A stretch of DNA of 63,310 nt, counting the filler, from Octopus bimaculoides (lineage: Eukaryota): assembly GCF_001194135.2 (NCBI RefSeq). It is 3 parts of 3 records of this genome, joined end to end, with 100 filler letters (N's around TTAATTAATTAA, not from the genome) between each part and the next. Parts side by side here need not be neighbours in the genome. Positions count along the whole stretch, not along the records: positions 30,902 to 61,257 come from NC_068986.1; 2 more parts are not named here. One strand, written 5' to 3'. The notes below the pieces were generated by a model. That model did not search any database. It had not been told where the DNA came from and worked only from the letters and a program-made list of their open reading frames with translations. The translations under genes and the position numbers were made by a program. Positions 35,293-47,650 of the stretch are shown piece by piece. Positions within the stretch are counted from its first letter, which is position 1; each line of letters starts with the position of its first letter.

Positions 35293-37277
35293 GAGAATTT
35301 ACAAAAGAAAAAAGACGAAGACGGCTGTGTAAACAACAAATGGATGTATTAGTTTAACGCTCGGGAAGGTGTGTAGGTGTGTGTGGATGATGGTGTAGGT
35401 GCTGGGAAGTGGTCAGTGCTAGTGTGAGCGCTGGTGTGGGTGCTGGGAAGTAGCCAGTGCTAGTGTGTGCGGGGTGGTGTGATGTGGTATTGTATGGTGG
35501 TGTGTGGTGTAGTGGTGTGTGGTGCAGTGGTTGTGGTGTGGTGCAGTGGTTGTGGTGTGGTAGTGTGTGGTGTGGTAGTGTATGGTGTGGTAGTGTGTGG
35601 TGTGGTAGTGTATGGTGTGGTAGTGTGTGGTGTGGTGTGGTTGTGTTTGGGTGCTGNNNNNNNNNNNNNNNNNNNNNNNNNNNNNNNNNNNNNNNNNNNN
35701 NNNNNNNNNNNNNNNNNNNNNNNNNNNNNNNNNNNNNNNNNNNNNNNNNNNNNNNNNNNNNNNNNNNNNNNNNNNNNNNNNNNNNNNNNNNNNNNNNNNN
35801 NNNNNNNNNNNNNNNNNNNNNNNNNNNNNNNNNNNNNNNNNNNNNNNNNNNNNNNNNNNNNNNNNNNNNNNNNNNNNNNNNNNNNNNNNNNNNNNNNNNN
35901 NNNNNNNNNNNNNNNNNNNNNNNNNNNNNNNNNNNNNNNNNNNNNNNNNNNNNNNNNNNNNNNNNNNNNNNNNNNNNNNNNNNNNNNNNNNNNNNNNNNN
36001 NNNNNNNNNNNNNNNNNNNNNNNNNNNNNNNNNNNNNNNNNNNNNNNNNNNNNNNNNNNNNNNNNNNNNNNNNNNNNNNNNNNNNNNNNNNNNNNNNNNN
36101 NNNNNNNNNNNNNNNNNNNNNNNNNNNNNNNNNNNNNNNGTAATATGATAGGGTCAATGATGGTTGCCTGTGTAGTGGGTGATGTTGGTGAGGTAAGGGC
36201 AAGTGCGGCAGCGTGGGCGGGAGCAGGGAAACGAGCCGGGTTGGGAGGATGGGTTAGGGAAGAAGCTGTAGACCAAGCGGTCTTGTAGGTTGTGGGCTCG
36301 TTTGAAGGAGGGAAGAGGTAGGTTATGGAAGATGTGCGAAGTGGAGGGGTTGGACTGGAGTCGCCGGAAGGCTCGGAGAATGGTGCGTTGGATAGGTAGG
36401 GTGGTGGGGTGGTAGGTGAGGGTAAACAGTAGGCGGGTGACAGTGAGGCGGATACGGGAGGAGAGAGCAGATGTACAGTCCACGGAACGTGCTCTGTCAA
36501 GGGCGGTATGGATAGTGGTGAAGGGATATCCACGAAGGATGAAGTGGCGAGCCATGAGTTGAGACTGAGTCTCAAAGTCATGGTTGTCACTGCAGAGCCT
36601 GCGTAAACGGAGGAATTGGGAAGGGGNNNNNNNNNNGACTGAGTCTCAAAGTCATGGTTGTCACTGCAGAGCCTGCGTAAACGGAGGAATTGGGAAGGGG
36701 TCGAGAGCTTGGTGTGTTTAGGGTAGGAGGAGGAGAAGTTGAGGTATGCGTGTGGGTCTGTGTGTTTGTAGTGGATGGAGGTGGTGAGTGTGGAGTGATG
36801 AATGCTGACCGAAATGTCGAGAAAGGCGACTGAGGTGTCGGAAATAGTGCAGAAGTGGAGGGTAGGATGGAAAGATTTGACAAGAGAGGAACGAATCTAG
36901 ATGTTCGGGGGAGAGTGAGGTCGCACCGATACAGTCGTCAATATAACGACCGTATAAATAAGGAGTGGGACCAGTGAAACTTGAGAATATTTGAGCCTCA
37001 ACGTAGTCAACGAACAGGTTCGCATAGTTGGGGGCCAATGCTCGTTCCTATGGCCACTCCCGAGAACCGCTGGTAAAAATCACCCGCGAACGAGAAGTAG
37101 TTGAGAGGACAAGTTCGGCCAGACGAAGGAGTGTGGATGTGTCAGGTTGGGGGTTTATAGACTCTTGATGTCAAGAGTGCAGAGAAGTTTAGAGGGGCCC
37201 AGGAGGGAAGGAGAAAGTGTTGAACAAACGAAGAGCATGGTTGGTGTCATGGATGTTAGAGGGAAGGGAAGCCACTG
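35293..37277 (-). mobile_element. Penelope-like element, Neptune-like, partial and degenerate
   Basis: RT motifs MAPNYANLF, RYIDDC, FLDISV, YLNFSSSYP, FSQFLRLRRLCS, LTYHP. Cys linker PCSRPRCRTCPY ahead of the expected GIY-YIG (in the gap). The 3' end at 35293-35366 matches the pLTR at 27120-27202. Confidence 0.85.
35470..35650. repeat. (GGTGT)n-like pentamer repeat inside the PLE 3' region
   Basis: gtggtgtggtagtgt... array. Confidence 0.85.
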
Positions 37278-37484
37278 NNNNNNNNNNNNNNNNNNNNNNN
37301 NNNNNNNNNNNNNNNNNNNNNNNNNNNNNNNNNNNNNNNNNNNNNNNNNNNNNNNNNNNNNNNNNNNNNNNNNNNNNTATCTTTCCTCACTATCTCCAAC
37401 GATATTTCATATTTCTCAAAGAAACTGCTTTGTATTAGCCATTCCGTGAAACTTGAAATCTTAATTTAATATTAGGTGCGCTGT

Positions 37485-37855
37485 AAAGTGGTGAGCTACC
37501 AGAATCGTTAGTGCGTCGACCAACATGCTAAGTGGCATTTCTTCTAATTCTTTACGTTCTGAGTTCAAATATCTCCCAAACGACTTTGATGAAAGACAAA
37601 GTCGACTTCGGTGGAATTTGAACTCACAACGAAATGCCGCTAAGCACTTTGCCCGGTGCGCTAACGATTCTGCCAGTTCGCCATCTTAATACATTGAAAA
37701 TATTGATTTCAAATTTGGCACAGAGTTAGTGATTTTTAGGGGAGGGGTAAGTCGATTACATTGACCTCAGTATTCAAACTGGTACTTATCTTACCGACCT
37801 CTAACGGATAAAAAGTAAAGTCGATCTCGACGGAATTTGAACTCAGAATGTGAAC
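37485..37855. mobile_element. Cluster of SINE family B pieces: two inverted fused heads, then a minus-strand copy
   Basis: Plus-strand head 37485-37587 joined to a minus-strand head 37588-37687. A further minus-strand copy lies at 37705-37855. Confidence 0.75.
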
Positions 37856-38058
37856 TACATAGAGAATATTGACAGTAATTTCTGACTGTTTATGTTCCTC
37901 TAAGCTGTCGATGAAATAAGTACCTGACTTAAAACAAAAACTGGAGTAAAGTTCCTTGAGTAAATCCTTAACATGCATCACGTGTGCCCTGAAGGCTCAT
38001 CTGAGACTCATTAACCTAAACATTTGACAGTGTTCTACTATCATTTGAAATGAATTGA

Positions 38059-38278
38059 CCCCTTTAGCATTTAAACCGGTCATATTCAGCCAAAATATTC
38101 TACCTGTTTTATGCTAAAACCAGCCAGGTCTGACCTTTCACACCTACTCTGTAAGGTCATTCTAAAAACAAATAATCACATTTTCAAAATTTCAAAGCTA
38201 TGAGATAATGCAGATTAAATCAAAACAATGTGAATAAATAAGCATTTCATTTGACAAAGTAATCTGAATTCTAAAGGG
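38059..38278. mobile_element. piggyBac-type MITE
   Basis: TIRs ccctttagcatt / aattctaaaggg, flanked by ttga and ttaa. Confidence 0.7.
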
Positions 38279-38623
38279 TTAAGTTTTAATAAACAAGACT
38301 ACGTTGCTTAGAATTTTTAACAGCACAATTCTAACGGTAAGTGTCCGGCTCCAAAGACCTTCAAGTTTGTTAGAATATCGTTTTCGTCCTCAACAGATAA
38401 TGACGTTCGCCTGGTTTCACCGTAGTTCATGCACCAGTAGGTGCATTGTGTGGGTGAGTAAACAACTTGCTAATTAGCCGGATGCCATTCTATTATTTGA
38501 TAACATACAATGCCGAGTTCGTTACAAAAATATGAAGGTTAACGTGCGGTTTAGTGTCGTAATGAAAGTGAAAGTGAATTGCGATAGTGATGATTACAGA
38601 CTCACATACTTTTATTACATATA

Positions 38624-38991
38624 CAGGGTATACCAAAAAGTCACACTCCAAATATGTTCAATACGCATCAGAATCATCAAAAACATGCTTCAGTTTTTCT
38701 AAAATAAAATAAAATAAATGAAATAATGATAAACACACCCGTACTTGTACATGATGAAGAGAATGAATAATAATAATAATCCTTTCTACTCTAGGTACAA
38801 GGCCTGAAATTTAGGGGGGGGGGATAGTCAATGACAGAGGCCCCAGTATTTCACTGATACTTAATTTATCGACCCTGAAAGGATGAAAAGCAAAGTCGAC
38901 CTCGGCGGAATTTGAATTCAGTGCGGAGCAGCAGACGAAATACTGCTAAACATTTCGCCCGGCATGCTAACGATTCTGCCTGCTCGCAGCC

Positions 38992-39058
<67 letters not shown>

Positions 39059-39113
39059 AGTGATATAAATAGAATGTCCAAATGTCTTGGTGCGTGACTT
39101 TTGGTCCACCCTG
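38624..39113. mobile_element. Tc1/mariner-type MITE with a nested SINE-B
   Basis: TIRs cagggtataccaaaaagtcaca / rc cagggtggaccaaaagtcacg, with TA on both sides. Confidence 0.75.
38781..38993 (-). mobile_element. SINE family B nested in a Tc1-type MITE, flanked by (AAT)n
   Basis: Full head to tail match to 12317-12530. Confidence 0.88.
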
Positions 39114-39402
39114 TATATGATATTGCAAACGATACATAGACCATACATATAGCTTTTCCACTGTCACTGAACCTATTTTGCCACATAGGTTCATTTAAAT
39201 ACGATGTAAATAAAAGCATGGCGAGTATCCATCCCAATTGTTTAGTCTGTGTATGGATGTTCTCACCATTGGATCAACAGACATTAAAGAACGGTTCACA
39301 ACTTCACGACTATTTATGTTGCCTAAACTAACATAGGAAAGCCATCCGTTTGATATCAAACGCGTTCCTGTGGCTTCTTCACTAGTATTCATTGTTGGGT
39401 GT

Positions 39403-39782
39403 GCAGGCGCAATGGCCCAGTGGTTAGGGCAGCGGACAAGCGGTCATAGGATCGCGGTTTCGATTCACAGACCGGACGTTGTGAGTGTTTATTGAGCGAA
39501 AACACCTAAAGCTCCACGTGGCTCCGGCAGGGGATGGTGGCGAACCCTGCTGTACTCTTTCACCACAACTTTCTCTCACTCTTACTTCCTGTTTCTGTTG
39601 TGCCTGTAATTCAAAGGGTCAGCCTTGTCACACTGTGTCACGCTGAATATCCCCGAGAACTACGTTAAGGGTACACGTGTCTGTGGAGTGCTCAGCCGCT
39701 TGCACGTTAATTTCACGAGCAAGCTGTTCCGTTGATCGGATCAACTGGAACCCTCGACGTCGTAAGCGACGGAATGCCAACA
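39403..39782 (+). mobile_element. SINE family A, full length
   Basis: Near-identical to 11846-12228. TSD attgttgggtgt / attgttgcgtat. Confidence 0.92.
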
Positions 39783-40385
39783 ATTGTTGCGTATCACTTC
39801 CCGGCCTTTTGACTGAGATCAGCGTGTAATATTTATACTGTTACTAAAAGATACTATATGACCAACTATGTGACTTTGTTTATGAGATTCCGCTGTCGTC
39901 ACTTATGGTTTGTATCGCAGTTTTACTTTGACTTTTTACAACTCTAACTGCATGTTAACCGATACGAGCTTCCTGCTTCCCGACAGAATTTATCAACAAT
40001 TATCTATTCTACAAAATGTATTATTTTGACAGAAATTAAATCTATCGTAATATATAACATAATTAAAATAATATATCTTAAAATACTTAAAAAAGCAATC
40101 TTAGTGATAATAAATTCGATGTCTTTAATGAAAAAAAAAAAAGCACCTGCTTATAATATATATGGCAAGGGAAAACATTTGCGACTGGCAGGTTGCCAGA
40201 AGTGGCTGTAGAATGCACATACTAGATTAAAATCATCGTTTGTCTTTCTTTTATCCTCATGAATTTTGATATGCAAATATTCATGAGGTGATTTACTACC
40301 ATATGTTAATATATTTATTAATAAATGCTTAAGTATTTTCGTGATATACTACATAGATATACATGCATACATATTTACACAAACA

Positions 40386-40503
<118 letters not shown>

Positions 40504-40662
40504 CACACTGCTTTCTATTCTTCCACCTGTGCTTCCATCCATCCATCCATCCATCCAACCATTCATTTATTCATTCGTTGAAGCATACATCTATACATAC
40601 ATACATACATAATATACATACATGCATACATAGAGACAGACAGACACACACACACACACATA

Positions 40663-41440
40663 CGAGGTGGTGTCAAAACATTCCCGGACTAGTCTGTAGC
40701 GCGCCAACTGTTGACAGCACACGGTTGCGGTGCAGTGAGATCTAGCGGTGACCTCCATGAGGCAGTGTGCCGAGTGACATCGCTATGTTTACATCGGAAG
40801 TTGTGAAGTTCGTGTTTTTGTGATCGCAATTATGCAGTAGTTTGCGACTTTATCATGGACAGGAAATTGGGGGAAAAAAAGCTAACGTGAGCTTTTGCGT
40901 TAAACCTGGGAAGTCTACTACAGAGACATTGAGCATGCGCTTGCAAGTTTACGGCGACGAGGCGATGGGTCGTACGCAATGTTTCGAGTGACACGGGTAT
41001 TTCAACTAAGCCGCAGCTCAATCAAAAGCATGCTCATCGTATTTTTTCGACATCCGCCGTATTGTGCATCGAGAATTCGTCCCCCAGAGCCAGACCGTCA
41101 ATCGAGTGTTCCACTGCGACGTTTTGGAGTATTTAAATGAGGACATTTGGCCAAAGCGACCGGATCTGTGGAGCGCGAAGAACTGGATTCTTTACGACAA
41201 TGTACCCTGTCACAGAGCCCTCCTCGCTCGTAAGTTTCTCGCCAAAAACAACATGTTGTCGCTTCCGCACCTGCCCTATTCGCCATATTTACCACCTGCG
41301 GACTTCCATCTCTTCTCCAAGTTGAAAATGAAGCTCAAAGGTCGCCGTTTTAACAGCTATCGAGATCAAGAGCGAATCGCAGAAAGCCTTAAACTGGCTT
41401 ACAGAAAACGACTTCCAAGTCGAATTTCAAAAGTGGTGTA
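40663..41440 (+). mobile_element. Mariner (Tc1/mariner) transposon, internally deleted and 3'-truncated
   Basis: TA + cgaggtggtgtcaaaacattcccggact left TIR. KSMLIVFFDI, HREFVP, YDNVPCH, PYSPYLPPADFHLFSKLK (YSPDL-type motif). No right TIR seen. Confidence 0.88.
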
Positions 41441-41474
41441 GCAAAGACCATGATTATTTAATAATTCTTTTGCT

Positions 41475-41600
41475 GGTTCTAGTCAGTGGACTGCAGCCAT
41501 GCTGGAGTTTTGTTTTCGACACTTTTAGTCGATCATATCGATTCCAGTACTTATTCTATCGAAGTTTATTTGTCGAACCGCTAATTTACAGGGAATATAA
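41475..41600 (-). mobile_element. SINE family C 3' fragment
   Basis: gcagccatgctggag...tacttattctatcg...gaaccgctaatttacaggg. Confidence 0.65.
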
Positions 41601-42289
41601 ACACACACACGCAAACACACACACACACATGTATGTATGTACGTACATACATACATACATACATACATATACATGCAAACACAAGCATACACACACACAT
41701 ACACTTGCGTACGTGCGTGTGTACTTTATTCGTATAGTAATAGATAAATAGATTTTTAACGCTTAAATATCGTAATTAGCTTCAATTTCATTGTAAACAA
41801 TAAGACGCCATGTGTATATGTTCATTTATTTATTTTGGGAAACATATCAAGGCTTTAAATTAATTATAATATTAAAACATGCATGACTATTTGGCTAAAT
41901 TTTATTATAGCCCTTAAAATATTATCAAATGCTTTCATCCTAATGAAAACATTAAAATGTAATCATAACTTTAGCTTTAATACTATTGTAAACATTAAAA
42001 CATCGTATCTAGCTTTAATGTTGGAGCAAACCTTAAAACTATGTATGGTGTTTAGTGAATATCACACGCATTACATGACGAGTGAGGCAAAATAATTATC
42101 ATCCGCCATGCAATGAGGTGCATGTTAGCTGAAAGAGTTACAGACCGGCGAGTTGTGTCTGCGATAGCCAAGTGAGGAAAGTTCACTTCATTTAAGTACT
42201 TGCCTTAAGAACAGCGTGAAAATATCCTTCAACTAAGATCAGCTACAGGCTTCTGATTAAAATGTTTACTTCGCGACCATGTTTTTGGT

Positions 42290-42478
42290 TTCGAACCGAC
42301 AGCCGGCAGAATACTTAGCGACATTTCTTCCGTCTTTAAGTTCTGAGTTCAAATTTCACCGAGATCAACTTTTTCATCCTTTCGGAGTCGATAAAATAAG
42401 TACCAGCTGAAGACTGAGGTCGATGTAATCGATTAGCCCCCTTCCCACAAAATTACTGGCCTAGTGCCAAAATTTGAA
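42290..42478 (+). mobile_element. SINE family B followed by (CTT)n
   Basis: gttctgagttcaaatttcaccgagatcaactttttcatcctttcggagtcgataaaataagtaccag... Confidence 0.8.
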
Positions 42479-42480
42479 AC

Positions 42481-42525
42481 CTTCTTCTTCTTCTTCTTCT
42501 TCTTCTTCTTCTTCTTCTTCTTCTT

Positions 42526-42555
<30 letters not shown>
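42481..42555. repeat. (CTT)n microsatellite at the SINE-B tail
   Basis: Directly visible. Confidence 0.95.
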
Positions 42556-42556
<1 letters not shown>

Positions 42557-42656
42557 AGCAAATTAGCGAAGTGTAGGCTTTGCTGATGAAGTCGTAAGAT
42601 CAAAGCATGTCTGGAATTGTCTCCTGTGCCTGCAGAAGTTAGACACCGTTTCATAG

Positions 42657-43059
42657 CTCTTTTAATCTTTCACTTGTTTCAGTCATTTCACTGCGGCCAT
42701 GCTGGAGCACCGCCTTTTAGTCGAACAAATCGACCCCAGGACTTATTCTTTGGAAGCCTAGTACTTATTCTATCGGTCTCTTTTTGCCGAACCGCTAAGT
42801 TACGGGGACGTAAACACACCACCATCGGTTGTCAAGTGATGTTGGGGGGACAAACACAGACACACAGACATAAACATGCACATGCATATATATACATATA
42901 CATATATACGACGGGTTTCTTTCAGTTTCCGCCTACCAAATCCACTCACAAGGCTTTGGTCGGCCCGAGGCTATAGTAGGAGACACTTGCCCAAGGTGCC
43001 ACGCAGTGGGAATGAACCCGGAACCATGTGGTTGTAAGCAAGCTACTTACCACACAGCC
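42657..43059 (-). mobile_element. SINE family C, full length (gtaagtagcttgcttac head variant)
   Basis: Complete reverse-complement copy with internal microsatellite. Confidence 0.9.
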
Positions 43060-43233
43060 TCTCATTACTGCTCATTTATTTCTCGCTACCTTTATTGTTT
43101 AATGCTTCTTACATCAGCTAAAACTAACTAGAAAATAACTGACTTATTTATACATAACCAAGTACATTCTAAATTATGTAGTACTCTAATTTGTTAGCCG
43201 TAATATATTTAAGCCCGAACTACGAAATATGAA

Positions 43234-43618
43234 GTGAGGGCGCATGGCTCAGCGATTAAAGCGTCAGGATCACCAGTGAAGGCGCATGGCCCAGTGGTTA
43301 GCGCGTCGTGCTCACAATCATCAGGTAGTGAGTTCGATTTCCAGAACAGGTTGTATGTTGTGTTCTTGAGCAAGACACTTTATTTCACGTTGCTCCAGTT
43401 CACTCAGCTGCAGAAATAAGTTGCGATGTCACTGGTGCCAAGCTGTATCAGCCTTTGCCTTTCCCTTGAGTAACATCAGTGGCGTGGAGAGCGGAGGCTG
43501 CTATGCATGGGTAACTGCTGGCCTTCCATAAACAACTTTTCCCGGACCTGTGCATTGGAGGCGAACTTTCTCGGTGCAATTCCATGGTCATTCATGACCA
43601 AAGTGGATTTTTACCCAT
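43234..43618 (+). mobile_element. tRNA/CORE-type SINE family E with a duplicated head
   Basis: A- and B-boxes, CORE-like gttcttgagcaagacactt. Perfect 13-bp TSD tacgaaatatgaa at 43221-43233 / 43619-43631. Confidence 0.88.
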
Positions 43619-43854
43619 TACGAAATATGAATAAAGTGAAAAATACAAGAGAGAAAGAAAATATTTCTGCTGTTCCATGGCGTCTATTTGTCTTCAGCGC
43701 GACAAGGATTTGGTCATGTGATTATTTTCGCATTCAAACCGTGTGTAGTACATAGGGTAGGCAGTCCCGAGAAATCGTACACCACAGAATCCGAGAAACT
43801 AGCCTTATGAACCTATAACTCGCAAAGGACCTTGATCCCATTTTGTTTTACGTA

Positions 43855-44091
43855 TCTTTTTACTCTTTTACTTGTTTCAGTCATTTGACTTCGGCCATGC
43901 TGGAGCACCGCCTTTAGTCGGACAAATCGGCCCCAGGACTTATTCTTTGTAAGCTTAATACTTATCCTATCGGTCTCTTTGCCGAACCGCTAAGTTATGA
44001 GGGTTAAGTCAATCGATGGTGGGGGGGGGACAAACACAGACACACACACACGCACGCACGCACACACACACGTACACACACGCACACGCAC

Positions 44092-44140
<49 letters not shown>

Positions 44141-44314
44141 CGAAGGGCTTCTTTCAATTTCCGTCTATCAAATCTACTCACAAGACTTTGGTCGGACCGA
44201 GGCTATAGTAGAAGACACTTGCCCAAGTAGAAGACACTTGCCACGCAGTGGGACTGAACCTAGAACCATATGGTTGGTAAGCAAGCTACTTACCACTCAG
44301 CCACACTTGCCCCT
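43855..44314 (-). mobile_element. SINE family C, full length (same head variant)
   Basis: Complete reverse-complement copy with a small duplication of agaagacacttgcc. Confidence 0.9.
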
Positions 44315-45146
44315 GTATGTATATGTATGAACGTATTTATGTACTATAAGTACTAATGAAAACTGTAACCTCACGCAGCCGTGAATGCACTTAATATATA
44401 TTATATCACATTTTTACTACGTTCTCTCCTCTTGTGTTTCTATTAATTAGCATGCACTAACTAATGTGTATGTGAGTGTATGTGTATGTATGTCTGTGTC
44501 TGTGTCTGTGTGTGTTGTATGTGTGCGTGTGCGGATGTGTTCTATATTTTCATTGATATTACTTGAATCAATAACCAAGGTACTCACATATTAATGCGTG
44601 CGAAATTCGTTGGCGTAACCAGTATTTCGATCTGTTGAGAAGGTTCTTAATTATTAAAACTAATTCGCCATTAGCCGCTTAATTAGTGAAAAACGCATTA
44701 AAATAAATTATAGATAATACTTAAATATACATGGAGCTGCGAGGCGCGTGTCGTTCGAACTTGTCCATTCCCATCACTGCTGGCTATATGAGCGCGCTTA
44801 CACGTAGTCAAGTACCTGCTTGTCGATTTACATTCAAATCTAGGGCGCTATATAGGAATATTTATTCTATTTTCCGTCATACAATTGACGTAATATATTG
44901 TGTAAACATGTTGTATAAACATTCACACATCGTCACTATCTTACCAAACCCTGCCTCATTTCACGTTGACTTCTTCGTCCTCTAATGTCATCTTGGTATA
45001 TAAGTCGACCTACCTATTTTGCTGGGAGGGAGAGCGGCTGTAAATTATGTCTGGCAATTTCGATTTGTATACCGGAGAATACGGTAATCTACTCAAATAG
45101 CTGAATAAATGCGAATTCGAATAGGGCTCAATGTGTGGTGTGTAAT

Positions 45147-45497
45147 TATTGTTGTTGGCACTCCGTCGCATACGCCTGCTCGTGAAATTAACGTGTAAGT
45201 GGCTGAGCACTCCACAGACACGTGTACCCTTAACGTAGTTCTCGGGGATATTCAGCGTGACACAGTGTGACAAGGCTGACCCTTTGAATTACAGGCACAA
45301 CAGAAACAAGAAGAAAGAGTGAGAGAAAGTTGTGGTGGAAGAGTACAGCAGGGTTAGCCACCATCCCCTGCCGGAACCTCGTGGAGCTTTAGGTGTTTTC
45401 GCTCAATAAACACTCACAACGCCCGGTCTGGGAATCGAAACCGCGATCCTATGACCAAGAGTCCGCTGCCCTAACCACTGGGCCATTGCGCCTCCAC
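45147..45497 (-). mobile_element. SINE family A with a 37-nt deletion in the tail
   Basis: Reverse complement of family A. TSD ggtgtgtaat at 45137-45146 / 45498-45507. Confidence 0.9.
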
Positions 45498-45764
45498 GGT
45501 GTGTAATAAGAAAAAAACAAAAGCCTCCTTCACTATCAGAATGGAGTCATTAGGACCTTTATTGTAGTACTTTTATACAGTAGTTTCGTTCCTGTAATTC
45601 TATTTGAGCAGGTTTTCCTTTATCTACTAATGATTCTATCAGTAAACCTTTGATTTTATATATTCGTATACAGGTTTATAATTGGTATCGTGGTTATTAC
45701 ATCTGCATAATATGCAGAAGGTCGTGAGTTCGAGACTCGCAGAAACCAAATTATTTTATATTAT

Positions 45765-45883
45765 AGGCGTAAGCGTGGGTGTGTGGTAAGAAGCTTACTT
45801 CCCAAGTGTCTTCATCTATAGCCTCGGGCCGACCAAAGCCTTGAGAGTGGATTTGGTAGACGGAAACTGAAAGAAACTCGTCG
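45765..45883 (+). mobile_element. SINE family C 5' half with an internal deletion
   Basis: Head jumps from cttacttccc to aagtgtcttc, then (TA)n and a gap. Confidence 0.8.
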
Positions 45884-46614
45884 TATATATATATATATAT
45901 ATATATATATATNNNNNNNNNNNNNNNNNNNNNNNNNNNNNNNNNNNNNNNNNNNNNNNNNNNNNNNNNNNNNNNNNNNNNNNNNNNNNNNNNNNNNNNN
46001 NNNNNNNNNNNNNNNNNNNNNNNNNNNNNNNNNNNNNNNNNNNNNNNNNNNNNNNNNNNNNNNNNNNNNNNNNNNNNNNNNNNNNNNNNNNNNNNNNNNN
46101 NNNNNNNNNNNNNNNNNNNNNNNNNNNNNNNNNNNNNNNNNNNNNNNNNNNNNNNNNNNNNNNNNNNNNNNNNNNNNNNNNNNNNNNNNNNNNNNNNNNN
46201 NNNNNNNNNNNNNNNNNNNNNNNNNNNNNNNNNNNNNNNNNNNNNNNNNNNNNNNNNNNNNNNNNNNNNNNNNNNNNNNNNNNNNNNNNNNNNNNNNNNN
46301 NNNNNNNNNNNNNNNNNNNNNNNNNNNNNNNNNNNNNNNNNNNNNNNNNNNNNNNNNNNNNNNNNNNNNNNNNNNNNNNNNNNNNNNNNNNNNNNNNNNN
46401 NNNNNNNNNNNNNNNNNNNNNNNNNNNNNNNNNNNNNNNNNNNNNNNNNNNNNNNNNNNNNNNNNNNNNNNNNNNNNNNNNNNNNNNNNNNNNNNNNNNN
46501 NNNNNNNNNNNNNNNNNNNNNNNNNNNNNNNNNNNNNNNNNNNNNNNNNNNNNNNNNNNNNNNNNNNNNNNNNNNNNNNNCCCTTCCCCAATTCAAAGCG
46601 TAGTAGATGGAGTA

Positions 46615-46622
46615 ATTATTAC

Positions 46623-46666
<44 letters not shown>

Positions 46667-46680
46667 CATCAACATCATCA

Positions 46681-46725
<45 letters not shown>

Positions 46726-46783
46726 CATCAACATCATCATCATCATTATTATTATTATTATTATCATTATTATTATTATTATT

Positions 46784-46819
<36 letters not shown>

Positions 46820-46820
46820 C
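46615..46820. repeat. Compound (ATT)n/(ATC)n/(GTT)n microsatellite with a duplicated block
   Basis: Directly visible. Confidence 0.9.
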
Positions 46821-47123
46821 TGAAAGACTCTCGGATAGTTCTTAATTACTGGTTATTCTTTACTTGAAAGCAGGCAATAAGAAATCACCAAAGGTTTCAA
46901 GTAGTGCCCTCTCCTGTGACAATCAAGAGGTTTCAAGTCCCCTGCATGACATCTTTGACAAGTCTTTTTATTAAAGACTCGCATTGACCCAAACCTTGCG
47001 AGAAAAATTGGATGATAGACGGACGGAAACTGTATGGAAACCCGTCGCATGAATTGTGCTTGTAATTCAAAAGTCCAACCTGTACTACACTGCGTCATGT
47101 TTATTCAACTTGATAATTATGTC

Positions 47124-47170
47124 AAGGGTATACGTGTCTGTTGAGTACTCAGCCACTTACGAATTAATTC
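47124..47170 (+). mobile_element. SINE family A internal fragment
   Basis: aagggtatacgtgtctgttgagtactcagccac matches the family A body. Confidence 0.6.
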
Positions 47171-47529
47171 AAGGAATAGGAACTTTATTCAAGGGTCGAT
47201 CAATTGAATCTTCAACGTTGAAATCGACGAAGATCTACGTACTTACTTTTTACTTCGTTTCATTTCCCGCCTTTAAAACAACCTATTATCCAGTCCTTTT
47301 GCCTGTCTGTCAGTCGGTCTGTCAAACGGTCTGTCTGTCTGTCAGTCGGTCGATCTACCGATTTGTCTGTGTGTCTGTCGATCGTGCTGCTGATATCTGC
47401 TCCGTTCATGAATTTATTATTCTGTTGGCAACGAAGAGCAAATTCAATCCTTGTCTGAATCAATTGATTATTCGTAAATAGCGTGAGAATGGTCAAATAT
47501 CACATCAAGAACTGCTTACAGCTCGGTTG

Positions 47530-47550
47530 TCACCACCACCACCACCACCG

Positions 47551-47586
<36 letters not shown>

Positions 47587-47588
47587 GC

Positions 47589-47632
<44 letters not shown>

Positions 47633-47650
47633 AACAACAAAACAACAACA
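47530..47650. repeat. (CAC)n/(CAA)n microsatellite
   Basis: Directly visible. Confidence 0.9.

Noticed and set aside
36560-36700. Tandem duplication inside the PLE RT
   Set aside because: It flanks an 11-N gap and is typical of unmerged overlapping contig ends.
42575-42615. ctgatgaagtcgtaagatcaaagcatgtc as a hammerhead
   Set aside because: GAAA is replaced by CAAA and neither stem I nor stem III can be formed.
45690-45745. tRNA-like fragment gcagaaggtcgtgagttcgagactc
   Set aside because: Only a T-arm-like piece; no complete cloverleaf.
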